DNA of 64,000 nucleotides, from NCBI GenBank assembly GCA_965243135.1, contig OZ251539.1, positions 3,392,001-3,456,000 of the forward strand, written 5' to 3'. Shown here piece after piece: positions 12,584-23,502 of the stretch; the stretch's first letter is position 1, and every line of letters begins with the position of its first letter. The notes under the pieces were generated by a model that had not been told where the DNA came from, did not search any database, and saw only the letters and a program-made list of their open reading frames with translations. The translations under genes were made by a program, and so were the position numbers. The stretch is from Alphaproteobacteria bacterium. GTDB taxonomy: Bacteria; Pseudomonadota; Alphaproteobacteria; MPNO01; UBA830.

Positions 12584-14356
12584 ATGCACCCGTACCGCAC
12601 CCATAACTGCGGCGAACTCCGCGCCGCGCACGCCGGCGCCGAAGCCCGGTTGTCCGGCTGGGTCCACCGGATCCGCGACCACGGCAATCTGCTTTTCGTC
12701 GATCTCCGCGATCATTTCGGGCTGACGCAATGCGTGGTCGAGGTCGACTCGCCGGTTTTCGCGGAAGTCGAGGCGTTGCGCCTCGAAACTGTGGCCTGCC
12801 TGACCGGCCGCGTCGAGCGCCGCTCCTCGGAAACGCGGAATCCGGGATTGCCGACCGGCGAGGTCGAACTCCGCATCGCCGCTCGCGAAGTGCTGGGGGC
12901 GAGCGAACCGTTGCCGCTGGAAGTCAACAGCGATCGCGATTACGGGGAGGATGTCCGCCTGAAGTACAGGTTCCTCGACCTGCGCCGCGACAGGATCCAC
13001 CGGAACGTCATGATGCGAAGCGCCGTGATCGCCAGCATTCGCAGGCGCATGATCGAGCAAGGCTTCATGGAGTTCCAGACGCCGATCCTGACCTCCGCCT
13101 CGCCCGAAGGCGCGCGGGACTTTCTGGTGCCCAGCCGCCTGCATCCCGGAGAATTCTACGCCCTCCCCCAGGCACCGCAGCAGTTCAAGCAACTGATCAT
13201 GGTCGCCGGCTTCGACCGCTACTTCCAGATCGCGCCGTGCTTCCGCGACGAGGACGCGCGCGCCGACCGCTCGCCCGGCGAGTTCTATCAACTCGACTTC
13301 GAGATGTCGTTCGTCACGCAGGAGGACGTGTTCGCCGCGATCGAGCCGGTGCTGCACGGCGTATTCGAGGAATTCGCGAACGGACGCGGCGTCTCGCCGA
13401 CGCCGTTTCCCCGCATTCCCTACGCCGAGGCGATAAGCAAGTACGGCTCCGACAAACCCGACCTCCGCAACCCCATCGAAATGCGCGACGCCACCGGCGT
13501 CTTCCGCGGTTCCGGATTCCGGGTCTTCGCCGGCATGATCGAAAGCGATCCGGAGGTCCGGGTGTGGGCGATACCGGCGCCGGGGGGCGGCTCGCGCTCG
13601 TTCTGCGACCGCATGAACGCCTGGGCGCAGCAGGAAGGACAGCCCGGGCTCGGTTACGTCTTCTTCCGCGACGGCGAAGGCGCCGGCCCGGTCGCCCGCA
13701 ACCTCGGCCCCGAACGGACCGGGGAGCTGCGGAGCCGGCTGGATCTCGCGGACGGCGACGCCGTCTTTTTCGTCTGCGGAACGCCGGATCAATCCGCCGC
13801 CTTCGCGGGCCGGGCCAGGAACGAACTGGGGACGCGGCTGAAGCTTGCGGCCGAAGGCCGGTTCGAATTCTGTTGGATCGTCGACTACCCCATGTACGAG
13901 CCCGACGAACGGACCGGCGGCTTCGCCTTCAGCCATAATCCGTTTTCCATGCCCCAGGGAGGTCTGGAAGCGCTGGAAACCCGGAATCCGCTGGACGTCC
14001 TCGCCTGGCAGTACGACATCGTCTGCAACGGCGTCGAGCTGTCCAGCGGCGCGATCCGGAATCACCGCCCGGACATCATGTACAAGGCGTTCGAAATCGC
14101 CGGGTACCCGAAAGAGCGGGTGGAAACGGAATTCGCGGGCATGCTGAACGCGCTCAAGTTCGGCGCCCCGCCCCACGGCGGGTCGGCGCCGGGCATAGAC
14201 CGGATCGTCATGCTTCTCGCCGACGAACCGAGCATCCGCGAGGTCATCCTGTTCCCAATGAACCAGCAGGCGCGCGATCTGATGATGAACGCGCCGGCGG
14301 CCGTGCCTGAAGACCGCCTGCGCGAACTCTCGTTGCGAACGACCGCTCGACCGTAG
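12584..14356 (+). CDS. aspS: Aspartate--tRNA ligase
   Basis: [13 protein letters not shown] (non-discriminating-type His), [24 protein letters not shown]. Confidence 0.97.
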   Translation: MHPYRTHNCGELRAAHAGAEARLSGWVHRIRDHGNLLFVDLRDHFGLTQCVVEVDSPVFAEVEALRLETVACLTGRVERRSSETRNPGLPTGEVELRIAAREVLGASEPLPLEVNSDRDYGEDVRLKYRFLDLRRDRIHRNVMMRSAVIASIRRRMIEQGFMEFQTPILTSASPEGARDFLVPSRLHPGEFYALPQAPQQFKQLIMVAGFDRYFQIAPCFRDEDARADRSPGEFYQLDFEMSFVTQEDVFAAIEPVLHGVFEEFANGRGVSPTPFPRIPYAEAISKYGSDKPDLRNPIEMRDATGVFRGSGFRVFAGMIESDPEVRVWAIPAPGGGSRSFCDRMNAWAQQEGQPGLGYVFFRDGEGAGPVARNLGPERTGELRSRLDLADGDAVFFVCGTPDQSAAFAGRARNELGTRLKLAAEGRFEFCWIVDYPMYEPDERTGGFAFSHNPFSMPQGGLEALETRNPLDVLAWQYDIVCNGVELSSGAIRNHRPDIMYKAFEIAGYPKERVETEFAGMLNALKFGAPPHGGSAPGIDRIVMLLADEPSIREVILFPMNQQARDLMMNAPAAVPEDRLRELSLRTTARP

Positions 14357-14747
14357 ACGCCGCGGCGCGGGAGAGCCGTTGCCGCGGCGCTCGCGTTTCC
14401 TCCGAGGGCGGACAGCGCGGAGGAAGGACGGCGCATCGAGAAAAAACGAAAGATGCCGGGACCCGGAATCGGAACGTTTCGTGCGGACGCGAGCCGCGAT
14501 TCCCGCGGCGGACGAAGCGCCGGGGGGCGAACGTCGGCGCCGCGCCGGAAGGGCGCGAACTTTTCGCCGAAAAACGGCTCTTGCCGAACGGAAAAAAATA
14601 TTGTTGAATACTATGGAATCCCGGCTAAGCTTCGAATTGAAGCTGCGCGGACAGCCGCCAGCCGGACAAATCCCGCTTGAACCCGCAGCGAAGCGGCGAA
14701 CGGACGATGCGGGAAGAATCGCTCCACAAACGGACAAGAAAGGCGCC

Positions 14748-15194
14748 ATGAGACAGGGCCCGAACAACAAGCGCATCAGGGGACGGGGCAACGGACGAAA
14801 GCACTCGAACCCGCGCAACCAATCATTCGACAGCAACGGTCCCGACGTAAAGGTGCGGGGCAACGCGCAGCAGATAGTCGAAAAATATCTCACGCTTGCC
14901 CGGGACGCCTCGTCGACGGGGGACCGCATCGCGGCCGAGAACTACTACCAGCACGCCGAACACTACTATCGGCTGCTCAATGCGAACGCCCCGGCCGGCG
15001 AGCACCGCCCGCCGGCCGGGGCGGAACCGGGCGTCGAACCGCCGCGGGAGGACACGGAAGAGTCGGCGCCGGAGAGCGCCGGAAACGGTTCCAAGCGCGG
15101 GAACGGCTATCAAGCGACGCGGCATGCCGCCGACGGACCGCAGCCCGAGGTCGCGTCGGGAGAAACGGCGGAAAGAGCCGGCGACGGCGCCTGA
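14748..15194 (+). CDS. DUF4167 domain protein
   Basis: FDSNGPDVKVRGNAQQIVEKYL.LARDA..GDRI.AENYYQHAEHYYR. Confidence 0.9.
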   Translation: MRQGPNNKRIRGRGNGRKHSNPRNQSFDSNGPDVKVRGNAQQIVEKYLTLARDASSTGDRIAAENYYQHAEHYYRLLNANAPAGEHRPPAGAEPGVEPPREDTEESAPESAGNGSKRGNGYQATRHAADGPQPEVASGETAERAGDGA

Positions 15195-15299
15195 GCCCGC
15201 GAACCGAAGCGGCGCCGCCGCGAGCCGCCGACCGAAGCGCGGAGAGAATTCTCCCGGCTCCGTCCGCGAGCGGCTTGACCAACCGCGAGGCAAACCGGA

Positions 15300-16079
15300 A
15301 TGACCGACCTTCCCATTCGCATCTGGTACCAGGGCTTCACGGACCCCGTCGCGCACGCGAATTACGTCGACAGGCTTCGCAAGCACCTCGACGCGGTCGC
15401 CGGCGACGGGGTTTCCGTCGAGTTTCACGGCGTGGTTCCGCCGGCCAGCCAGCTTCATCCGATCGAGGAGCTGCGATGTTCGCTCGGCGCGATGGCCAAT
15501 GCGCTCAAGGCGCAGGAAGAAGGCTACGACGCCTTCGCGATGGGCCATTTTCAGGAGGCCGGCATCCACGAAATCAAGGCCATGCTCGACATACCTTGCC
15601 TGTCTCTCGGCGAGGCGAGCATGCTGTTCGCCTGCACCCTCGGCCGGAAGATCGGACTCGTCACCATCGATCCGATATTCGTCTCCTGGCATGAAGACCA
15701 GGTCGTCCGCGCAGGGCTGTCGCAGAGGGTGATCGGCGTTCGAGCGATGCGGACCTCGCCCGCGGACTACATGCGAGCCTTCGCCGACGAGGACGCGTAC
15801 CGGAACGTTCTCGGGCAGTTTCGGGAACAGGCCCGTCCGCTGCTCGACCGGGGGGCTGACGTCCTGATCCCGGCCGGCGGCCTGCCCATGCTCCTGCTGT
15901 CCCGCGAAGAAGGGCTGACGATCGACGGCGCTCCGGTGGTGAACGGCATCAACGTGCTGGTGAAAATGACCGAGACGGCCGTGCGCCTGAAACGCATCGA
16001 CGGAGTGGCGGTCAGTCGGCGGTCGAATTACGCGCGTCCTTCGGACGCGGCGATGGCGGAGTTCCGAAAAATCCTGTAG
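15300..16079 (+). CDS. Asp/Glu/hydantoin racemase family protein
   Basis: AQEEGYDAFAMGHFQEAG, GADVLIPAGG, GAPVVNG; the usual catalytic Cys positions appear substituted. Confidence 0.7.
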   Translation: MTDLPIRIWYQGFTDPVAHANYVDRLRKHLDAVAGDGVSVEFHGVVPPASQLHPIEELRCSLGAMANALKAQEEGYDAFAMGHFQEAGIHEIKAMLDIPCLSLGEASMLFACTLGRKIGLVTIDPIFVSWHEDQVVRAGLSQRVIGVRAMRTSPADYMRAFADEDAYRNVLGQFREQARPLLDRGADVLIPAGGLPMLLLSREEGLTIDGAPVVNGINVLVKMTETAVRLKRIDGVAVSRRSNYARPSDAAMAEFRKIL

Positions 16080-16094
16080 CCGCGCCGCCGGCCG

Positions 16095-18464
16095 TTACGC
16101 CTCCGGCCGTTGCGCCGCCGCCTCCGCGAGCCTGAAGAGGCGCTCGGGCGTGGCGGGGAGCTCCATGATCTCGATTCCCGGCAACGCGTCCGATAAGGCG
16201 TTGGCGACGCAGGCCGGAGCCCCGATGGTTCCGCCTTCTCCGAGACCGCGAAATCCGCCGATCGTCGCCGGCGGCGACGCCTCGAGGTGAACGACCTCGA
16301 TCGGGGGGATTTCCGCTGCCGACGGCACCACGTAGTCGACCAGGCTCGCGGTAAGGAGCTGACCCTCCCCGTCGTGAACCACCTCCTCCAGGAGGGCGAC
16401 GCCGATGCCCTGCGCGACGCCGCCGTGCGCCTGCCCGTCGGCGACGAGCGGATTGATCACCCGTCCGCAATCCTCGACCACCAGATACCGCTTGACCGCC
16501 GCCTCCCAGGTCTCCGGATCGATTTCGACGAGGCACAAATGCGCGGCCGACGTCGTCGTGCCGAAGAACGGATCGTAGACGCGGGTCGCCTCCAGATTGT
16601 CGATCTCCTCGCGCAGTTCCTTCGGAACCCGTCCCATCTGGGAATACAGCGCATGGGCGAGTTCGCCGATCTCCATGGAGCGGTCCGTGCCCTTGACCCA
16701 GACGCGGCCGTCGCCGGTTTCGACGTCCTCTTCCGCCGCTTCGAGCAGATGTCCCGCGACGCGGACGATTTTTTCCCGCACCGCCCGCGCGGCCAGCGTT
16801 CCGGCGCCGCCGCCGAACACGGCGCCGCGGCTGGCGTAGGTGCCGGTGGTGTGGCTCACCGCCGCGCTGTCGCCGAGGATCACCTCCACGTCCCCGACCT
16901 TCGCGCCGACCTCCTCCGCGACGACCTGGGCGAGGGTCGTCTCCATTCCCTGCCCCTGGCTCGACAGGCCGAAACGCGCCGTCACGGCGCCGGTCGAATC
17001 GATGGCGACGGTCGCCGTTTCCGTGCCGGTGTTGATCGGCATGCCGGGCGCGACCGCGATTCGCGAACCGACGCCCGTCAGTTCCGCGTAGACGGCGATC
17101 CCGATGCCCACCAGCCTGCCCTGAGCGCGCGCCTGTTCCTGTTCCCGGCGCAGCGCATGGTAGTCCTGCGTCGCTCTTTTAAGACAGGCATGAAACGCCG
17201 ATTTGTCCCACACCAGGCCGGAGGCCGCCTTGTAGGGAAACTCGTCGTCGCCGACGAGGTTGCGGGCGCGCGCCTCGACCGGATCCAGGCCCGCCTTTCG
17301 CGCCGCCATATCGACGAGCCGCTCCATCACGAACGCCGAAATCGGCCGTCCCACGCCGCGATAGGCTCCCATCAGGGTCTTGTTGGTGGCGACCGCGCGG
17401 ACCCGCGCCGCGTAGTTCTCGACCCTGTAGGGCCCGGGCAGGAAGCTCGCCGCCTGGACGGGTTCGATGGTCGCGGTCCAGGGGTAGATGGAATAGGCTC
17501 CGACGTCGCCGATCACGTCCGCCTTCAGTCCGAGTATCGTCCCGTCTTCGGCCAGAGCGATCTCGGCGTCGACGATCTCGTCGAAGGCCTGGGCGGTCGA
17601 CATCAGATCCTCCATGCGGTCGCTCACCCATTTGACCGGGCGTCTCAGGTCGCGGGCGACGGCGCAGACGACGATCTCCTCGGAATAGAGCGACGTCTTG
17701 GCGCCGAAGCCGCCCCCGACATCCGGCGCGATCACGCGGATGCGGAGGCCCGGCAGGATCTCGGAAAGCTTGTCGCGAACGATGCCGGGGATCTGCGTCG
17801 TGCTGTGCAGCGTGAGCGACCGCGCGCCCCGATCGTACTCGGCCGCGGCGGCGCGCGCCTCGATGGCGACCGGCGTGGTCCGGGTGAAACGGAACCGTCC
17901 GCCGGCCGTCACGCGCGCGGACGCGAACGCGCCGTCCACGTCTCCGCGCCCGAAAGACCTTTCGGCCAGAACGTTGGACGCAAGGTCTTCGTGCAAGAGC
18001 GGCGCGCCTTCGACCGCGGACTCCTCCGGATCCGCCAGCGGCGGCAGCGGTTCGACGTCGACTTCGATCAGCCCGAGCGCGTCTTCCGCGACGTACCGGC
18101 TCTCGGCGACGACGGCCGCGACCGCTTCGCCGACGTAGCGCAGCTTGCCTAGGGCGAGCGGCGGTATGTCCGTCGGCTGGTAGCTCTTCATGCGCGAGGT
18201 CGCCCGATAGGGCTTGACGAGCCGGGCGATGTCCTCGCCCGCGTAGACCGCGGCGACGCCCGGCATCGCCGCCGCCGCCGACGCGTCGACCGATACGATG
18301 CGGGCATGGGCGTGATCGCTGCGGCGAAACGCGACGTGCAGCATGCCGTGGCGTTTGATGTCCGCGACGAAGTTGCCCGCGCCCGCGAGCAGCCGCGGAT
18401 CCTCCTTGCGCGCCACGCGCGCGCCGACGTACCGCGGCCGGACGAGGGACGCGTCGCCGGTCAT
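16095..18464 (-). CDS. Xanthine dehydrogenase/CoxL-like molybdopterin-binding subunit
   Basis: RKEDPRLL.G.G, VGGGFGAK, AYRGVGR, QGQG.ET, DCGRVINP, GQAHGG, GLGEGG. Confidence 0.92.
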   Translation of the reverse strand: MTGDASLVRPRYVGARVARKEDPRLLAGAGNFVADIKRHGMLHVAFRRSDHAHARIVSVDASAAAAMPGVAAVYAGEDIARLVKPYRATSRMKSYQPTDIPPLALGKLRYVGEAVAAVVAESRYVAEDALGLIEVDVEPLPPLADPEESAVEGAPLLHEDLASNVLAERSFGRGDVDGAFASARVTAGGRFRFTRTTPVAIEARAAAAEYDRGARSLTLHSTTQIPGIVRDKLSEILPGLRIRVIAPDVGGGFGAKTSLYSEEIVVCAVARDLRRPVKWVSDRMEDLMSTAQAFDEIVDAEIALAEDGTILGLKADVIGDVGAYSIYPWTATIEPVQAASFLPGPYRVENYAARVRAVATNKTLMGAYRGVGRPISAFVMERLVDMAARKAGLDPVEARARNLVGDDEFPYKAASGLVWDKSAFHACLKRATQDYHALRREQEQARAQGRLVGIGIAVYAELTGVGSRIAVAPGMPINTGTETATVAIDSTGAVTARFGLSSQGQGMETTLAQVVAEEVGAKVGDVEVILGDSAAVSHTTGTYASRGAVFGGGAGTLAARAVREKIVRVAGHLLEAAEEDVETGDGRVWVKGTDRSMEIGELAHALYSQMGRVPKELREEIDNLEATRVYDPFFGTTTSAAHLCLVEIDPETWEAAVKRYLVVEDCGRVINPLVADGQAHGGVAQGIGVALLEEVVHDGEGQLLTASLVDYVVPSAAEIPPIEVVHLEASPPATIGGFRGLGEGGTIGAPACVANALSDALPGIEIMELPATPERLFRLAEAAAQRPEA

Positions 18465-18928
18465 TCGGAACCCCTCTTGCCGGCCGCCGTCCGTATGGCG
18501 CGGACGATGTGCTCGTATCCCGTGCAGCGGCAGATGTTTCCCGAGATCCCGTCGCGAATCTCGTCGTCGGTGGCGAGCGGATACTTGCGCAACAGATCGG
18601 TCGCCGTCATCAGCATGCCCGGGGTGCAGAATCCGCACTGGAGCGCGTGATGTTCCCGAAACGCCTCCTGCAGCGGACTCAGCGCGTCGATTTCTCCGAG
18701 GCTTTCGACCGTCTCGATCTCGCCGCCGTCCGCCTGGACCGCGAAGGTCAGGCAGGAACGCACGCTGTCGCCGTCCATGATCACCGTGCAGGCGCCGCAT
18801 ATCCCGTGCTCGCAACCTACGTGTGTGCCGGTCAGGTCGAGATTCTCGCGGATGAAGTCGGCCAGCAGCAGGCGCGGCTCGACGTCGGCCTCGCGCGTCG
18901 CGCCGTTGACCTTGACGGAAATCTTCAC
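18461..18928 (-). CDS. (2Fe-2S)-binding subunit, CoxS-like
   Basis: GCEHGICGACTV, QCGFCTPG, GNICRCTGY. Confidence 0.93.
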   Translation of the reverse strand: MKISVKVNGATREADVEPRLLLADFIRENLDLTGTHVGCEHGICGACTVIMDGDSVRSCLTFAVQADGGEIETVESLGEIDALSPLQEAFREHHALQCGFCTPGMLMTATDLLRKYPLATDDEIRDGISGNICRCTGYEHIVRAIRTAAGKRGSE

Positions 18929-19794
18929 GACCGGCGGCGCTTCAAGGCGGCCGCGAGCGCGCGCCGGGTCAGAACATGGGTCAAGTGACGCCGGTAATCC
19001 GCGGAACCGTGAAGGTCGCCCTCGGGTTCCGCCGCGTCGCGCGCGGCGGCGGCGGCGGCGACGAGAGCGTCCGGCGCGGGCTCGGCGCCGGTCAGTAGCT
19101 CTTCCGCCTCCCTGGCGCGAAGCGGGGTCGGATGCACGCCGGCCAGCGCGATCCGCGCCTCCGAGATCCTGCCGCCGTCGAGCGCGACCACCGCGCACGC
19201 CGCCGCCACGGCGAAATCGCCGCGGCGCCTCGCGACCTCCTCGAAACCCCATCCGGCGCCCGCCGGAAGCGCCGGCAGGGAAACCGCGACCGTCATCTCG
19301 TCGGGACGCAGGGCGGTCGTCAGCGGCGCAAGGAAGAAATCCGATGCCGGAACGGCGCGGGCGGAAGAAGGTCCCGAAATCTCGACGCGGGCGTCCAGAA
19401 GCAGGGAAAGCGCCGGCAGTTCCGCCGCCGGATCCGCGTGGGACAAGCTGCCGCCGACGGTGCCGCGATTGCGGATCGCGAGATGCGCGACATGCTTCAT
19501 CGCCGCCCCGAGAACCGGAAACCGTTCGCGAACCGCGGCCGAGGTCTCCAGGGCGTAGTGGCGCGCCAGCGCGCCGATGCGAAGCCCCCCGTCCGCCGTT
19601 TCCTCGATCCCGGAAAGACCCTCGATGCGGTTGACGTCGATGAAAGTCCGGGCGTCGACCAGGCGGAAATTGAGCATCGGAACCAGACTCTGGCCGCCAG
19701 CCAGCAACTTCGCCTCGCCGCCGCGTTCCGCGAGCATCGCCGTGGCCTCGTCCACGCCGGACGCGCGGACGTAGTCGAAGGAAGCCGGCTTCAT
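18925..19794 (-). CDS. FAD-binding subunit, CoxM-like
   Basis: MKPASFDY, LAGGQSLVPMLNFR, IRNRGTVGGS..HADPAAE. Confidence 0.93.
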   Translation of the reverse strand: MKPASFDYVRASGVDEATAMLAERGGEAKLLAGGQSLVPMLNFRLVDARTFIDVNRIEGLSGIEETADGGLRIGALARHYALETSAAVRERFPVLGAAMKHVAHLAIRNRGTVGGSLSHADPAAELPALSLLLDARVEISGPSSARAVPASDFFLAPLTTALRPDEMTVAVSLPALPAGAGWGFEEVARRRGDFAVAAACAVVALDGGRISEARIALAGVHPTPLRAREAEELLTGAEPAPDALVAAAAAARDAAEPEGDLHGSADYRRHLTHVLTRRALAAALKRRRS

Positions 19795-19804
19795 CGAGCC
19801 GACA

Positions 19805-20743
19805 TCAGCCTCTCTGGATTCCCTTGTAGAGAAGCGCCTCGCCCATGCCCTCGGCGAGGCACCATTCGGCGAAGTTCTCGGGCGTCGATTCCCAAACTCC
19901 GGGCTTCCATTCGTCGTCGACGACGTCGGAATCGAAATCGTATTCGGCCGCGCCGCCGCACGGGTTCTTGAAGTACCAGAAGTAGCAGGACGAGATCGGA
20001 TGGCGGCCCGGACCGATCATGGTTTCCCAGCCGCGGCGGGTCATGTTGTTCCCGCCGCCGAAGAGTTCGTGGATGGTGCCCAACTCGAAAGCCGCGTGAT
20101 GAAATCCCTGCCCTCCATCTCCGGACGCGAGCAAAAACAGGTTATGGTGATGATGGGCGCCGGCGCACCGCATGAAGTAGCCGCGACCCGGATAGAGATC
20201 CGTCAACCTGAAGCCCAGCCTTTCGGCATAGAACTCCTTGTGGGTCTCGATATCGTCGGTGGTGTAGACGATATGGGAAATTTCCATAGGCGAAGCCCGT
20301 TCGGAGACCGCGGCGCGCTTGTTGACGCGGCTCGCGCGGCCCGGGACGTTGACTTCCTGTTCGGGAGCGGTCACGGGCGAGGTTCGCGAGACCCGGAACG
20401 CGACGCCGAACCCCTGCGGGTCGACGGCATGAACGGTTCCTTCGCCGTCCTCGCGCACGTCGCGATCCTGCGCGAGGTTCGCCGCCAGTTCCGCGAGATC
20501 CCCTTCGGACGCCACGCCGAAAGTCGCTTCGCGCATCGTCGCATTCGCGTCGCCGCCCGCGGGCGGCGGCAGTTCGGGATCGTCCGCCGGCCGCAATTCG
20601 ACGACCGCGCCGTTCAACGCCGCGAAAGCGGGATGGCCGTTACCGGATTCGACGGAAGTCAAACCGAAATCCTTCCAGAACCGCGCCGCCGCGTCCGGAT
20701 CGCTCACGCCGTAAGTCAGCTTGTCGATGCCCGTATGGATCAT
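19805..20743 (-). CDS. VOC family protein (extradiol dioxygenase-like)
   Basis: ISHIVY, HHHNLF, FHHAAFE, GPGRH.ISS.YFWYFKNPCGG..EY. Confidence 0.85.
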   Translation of the reverse strand: MIHTGIDKLTYGVSDPDAAARFWKDFGLTSVESGNGHPAFAALNGAVVELRPADDPELPPPAGGDANATMREATFGVASEGDLAELAANLAQDRDVREDGEGTVHAVDPQGFGVAFRVSRTSPVTAPEQEVNVPGRASRVNKRAAVSERASPMEISHIVYTTDDIETHKEFYAERLGFRLTDLYPGRGYFMRCAGAHHHHNLFLLASGDGGQGFHHAAFELGTIHELFGGGNNMTRRGWETMIGPGRHPISSCYFWYFKNPCGGAAEYDFDSDVVDDEWKPGVWESTPENFAEWCLAEGMGEALLYKGIQRG

Positions 20744-20874
20744 CCTGGTTCCCTTTCTCCGCGAAACCTAAACCGGAACGCCCGCATTGTCATCAACCGG
20801 ACGCACGCAGACGCGCAGGGAACGGCCCGTTCCCGCTGAACGGCGCCGGGGCCGCGACGGACAGGGCGTCCCGG

Positions 20875-22638
20875 CTATCGCAGTTCCCGGCGCGCGGAGG
20901 TCATTTCGCCGAACGGATCGGCCCCCTTCAACCGTTCGAGTGCCGCGGGGTCTTCTTTCAGATAACGGTCGAAAACCGCTCTCGCATACCAGTCGCGAAC
21001 GACGTAGGGCATGAAGACCGATCCGGCATCGTCGGTTTCGACCCAGTCCATCCGGTCGTACGGCGCGCCGGAAAAATTCCGCTCCCGGATCTCGTCGCCG
21101 ACCGCCTTGCGCCGCCCGGAGGGGGACAGGGCGAACGGCAAGGCGCCCTTCCGGAATTCCGGCCACGGGAACATCCGGGCGAAGTTGTTGACGAGCCGGC
21201 CGTGATCGACGTCCCGAACGATGACGAGAACGCGGTCGGAGGTCTGTCTCCGGTAAGCGCTGAGAGCGACCGGCTGGGGGTTGGCCCGGCGGTCCGGCAC
21301 GGCGCGCTCCGCTTCCAGCGGAAAGGCGGCTTTCGGATCGCCGCCGGCCGCGGGCAACATTCCCTGGAACAGGTTTTGGAACACCCATTGCACGAAACCG
21401 TCCTCGTCTCCGATCATTTGCACGGTCGGCTTCCGGCTGCCCTCGGGCAACCCTTCCGGAGTCCGCCCGCCGCCGAAGAATTCCTCGGGCGTCCACGTGA
21501 AGGGCGGGCCGTTGTTGAAGCCGAGCGCCACGGAAACTCCGGGAATGTGGTTCGCGCCCATCTGCGAAGTCATCGAGCCCAGCGAATGTCCGGAAAGCCC
21601 GACCGCGTCGGCCACCCGTCCGGACAGGAGGCCGCACAGTTCCCGCGCCGCCGAGGCGGCGCCCATCGAATTCAGCCCGGCCCTGCAGTCGGCCTCGTCC
21701 GAACCGAGCAGCTTCAGCGTGTGGATCACCAGGCCCACGTCCGCCACGCGCTGGCGAAAGAGATTCTGCATCATCGTGGTGGTGCGGCGGACGCCGCCCG
21801 GGACCGCCTTCGCGGACGCGGGGTCGGGACCGTCGAACATGAATCCGAAAAAGTTCGGGATGACCTTCCGCTCGCCCATGACGAGCCGGTACGCCTCCTG
21901 CACTTCGTCCTTCGAAGTTTGGCGGGCGAAAACGGAATCGGGATCGTGGAACACCAACGGGACGCCGCTGTCGGAGATGAAACTCGGCGCGGCGACGACG
22001 TAACCGTGCGAAGCCAGGAATTCGCCGAGGAAGTTCCACATTCCGTAATTGCCGCCGAGCCCGTGCGACAGGATCACCGCGGGGAACCGGCCGGCCGCCG
22101 GCGGGGCTTCGAGATACGCTCCGCGGGCCGCGGCGAAATAGCGCTCTCCGATTTTCTTCAGGGCCTCTTGCCGGGCCGGTTCGGACAACTTGTCGAGCTT
22201 GCCGCCGTCCTTGAAATGCAGGCGCGCGTAGGTGCTGGGAAACAGTTCGGCGGAGGACAGGACCTGGACGGCGTATTCGCCGAAGAAAAAGTCCCCCATG
22301 TTCGCGCGTCTGCCGGACGCCGCCGGCCAGGGAGACCGCGGCCCGGCCAGCCTGCTTCCCGAACGGTTCGCTTCTGCCGGGTACCACAAGTGAAAGATCA
22401 CCGTGCGCGGCTGCCCGGCGGCCTCCACCTTGCGCAGCATCGCCCGGTATTCGGGGCTTGCATAAGCCGTGTTCCACGGGTCGAAGCGCTGACGGTTATC
22501 GACCGCGAAGCCGATCTTCGCGCCCACGGCGTAATCGCCGTAACCGGCGCTGGAAGGAAGCGGCGCGGCTTCGCCGGCGGCCAGAGCGCCCGAAACGGTG
22601 AACGCCGCGAACAGCGTTCCGACTTTGCCTATGGTCAT
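20875..22638 (-). CDS. Secreted alpha/beta hydrolase (PAF-acetylhydrolase-like)
   Basis: RBS AAGGAGG, signal peptide, LWYPA, FPAVILSHGLGG, LASHGYVV, GHSLG nucleophile elbow. Confidence 0.75.
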   Translation of the reverse strand: MTIGKVGTLFAAFTVSGALAAGEAAPLPSSAGYGDYAVGAKIGFAVDNRQRFDPWNTAYASPEYRAMLRKVEAAGQPRTVIFHLWYPAEANRSGSRLAGPRSPWPAASGRRANMGDFFFGEYAVQVLSSAELFPSTYARLHFKDGGKLDKLSEPARQEALKKIGERYFAAARGAYLEAPPAAGRFPAVILSHGLGGNYGMWNFLGEFLASHGYVVAAPSFISDSGVPLVFHDPDSVFARQTSKDEVQEAYRLVMGERKVIPNFFGFMFDGPDPASAKAVPGGVRRTTTMMQNLFRQRVADVGLVIHTLKLLGSDEADCRAGLNSMGAASAARELCGLLSGRVADAVGLSGHSLGSMTSQMGANHIPGVSVALGFNNGPPFTWTPEEFFGGGRTPEGLPEGSRKPTVQMIGDEDGFVQWVFQNLFQGMLPAAGGDPKAAFPLEAERAVPDRRANPQPVALSAYRRQTSDRVLVIVRDVDHGRLVNNFARMFPWPEFRKGALPFALSPSGRRKAVGDEIRERNFSGAPYDRMDWVETDDAGSVFMPYVVRDWYARAVFDRYLKEDPAALERLKGADPFGEMTSARRELR

Positions 22639-23473
22639 GTCCCCCTCCTTGAAGCCGAATGGATCTCGCCTTGCGCGCTCGTTCCAGAAAACCACCATCG
22701 GCCATGGAAGGCAACAGCGCGTCTTCGGGAACGCGTCGGAATCTTTCGTCGACCCGATATTCGTCGACAGCGCTTTCAGGTTGGAAGCGGGATATGCAAA
22801 ACACAATGCGTGAACGACCTTGCGCATGCTGCGTTGCGTTCGAGTCAACTTGCCCTGCGCATCAGGAGCTGAACTCCGCAAATCCGACTTCACTCCCGGA
22901 TTACGCGGTTTCTTTCGTGACTTGCGGGTTTTCGGCCCGGCTTCGTCATGGCGACAGTTTCCTTTGCGCAGGGTTCCGGGCGCCTTGCGCCGAAGCGGCG
23001 GCGGTTTCGCCAGCGCGGGAAGCGGGCGGTCCGGCTGGCTCCGGGCCTTTTTCGGCGCGACCGCTTGGTCCCGGCGACGGTGCGAGACTCCGGAAACTTC
23101 CTGAACGACCACGCAAACGTTCGGCCCAACGCCCGAAACGAACCTCCCCCGGTTCATCCTTGTCGGCCTCTTGAGGTTGCGGTCAACGATCTCTGCGGGA
23201 CGGCGCCGACGCGCTGACCGGCATCGTTAAATCGGGCGCACCGAAATCCCGGCATCCGCTGACGCCTGCGGCCCGGTTTCGCCGTTGCGGGCGGCCGCAT
23301 GCGAGCCGAAGGCGGCTGGGGCCGGGCTGTCGCCGCTCGACCGCTACTCGTCTTGCCGGTCGTCCGACGCACGGGCTGCGCTTGGACTCCGAACGCGGTT
23401 ACCGCTGAATGCGGCCGCGTCCCGGCGGCCGGAAGGAGAGCCCGGCAGCGATTCGCAAAATTTTGCTAAAATG

Positions 23474-23488
23474 TTACCTGTCTGGTAA
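23474..23488. promoter_or_regulatory. Candidate HigA operator TTACC-N5-GGTAA
   Basis: Perfect 5-bp inverted repeat in the AT-rich region just upstream of the toxin gene. Confidence 0.45.
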
Positions 23489-23502
23489 TGAATTCAATGA
23501 CG

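Noticed and set aside
12458-14929. 823-aa antisense ORF, and similar long antisense or alternate-frame ORFs (e.g. 30497..32467, 36369..39056, 55183..57594)
   Set aside because: Shadows of real genes caused by high-GC codon bias; no recognisable motifs
16095-19794. Aerobic CO dehydrogenase (form I)
   Set aside because: Active-site loop is AYRGVGR, not AYxCSFR; no coxDEFG
22781-22798. Possible sigma54 promoter TTGGAAG...TATGCA
   Set aside because: GG-to-GC spacing is 11 nt rather than 10, and it points away from the hydrolase gene
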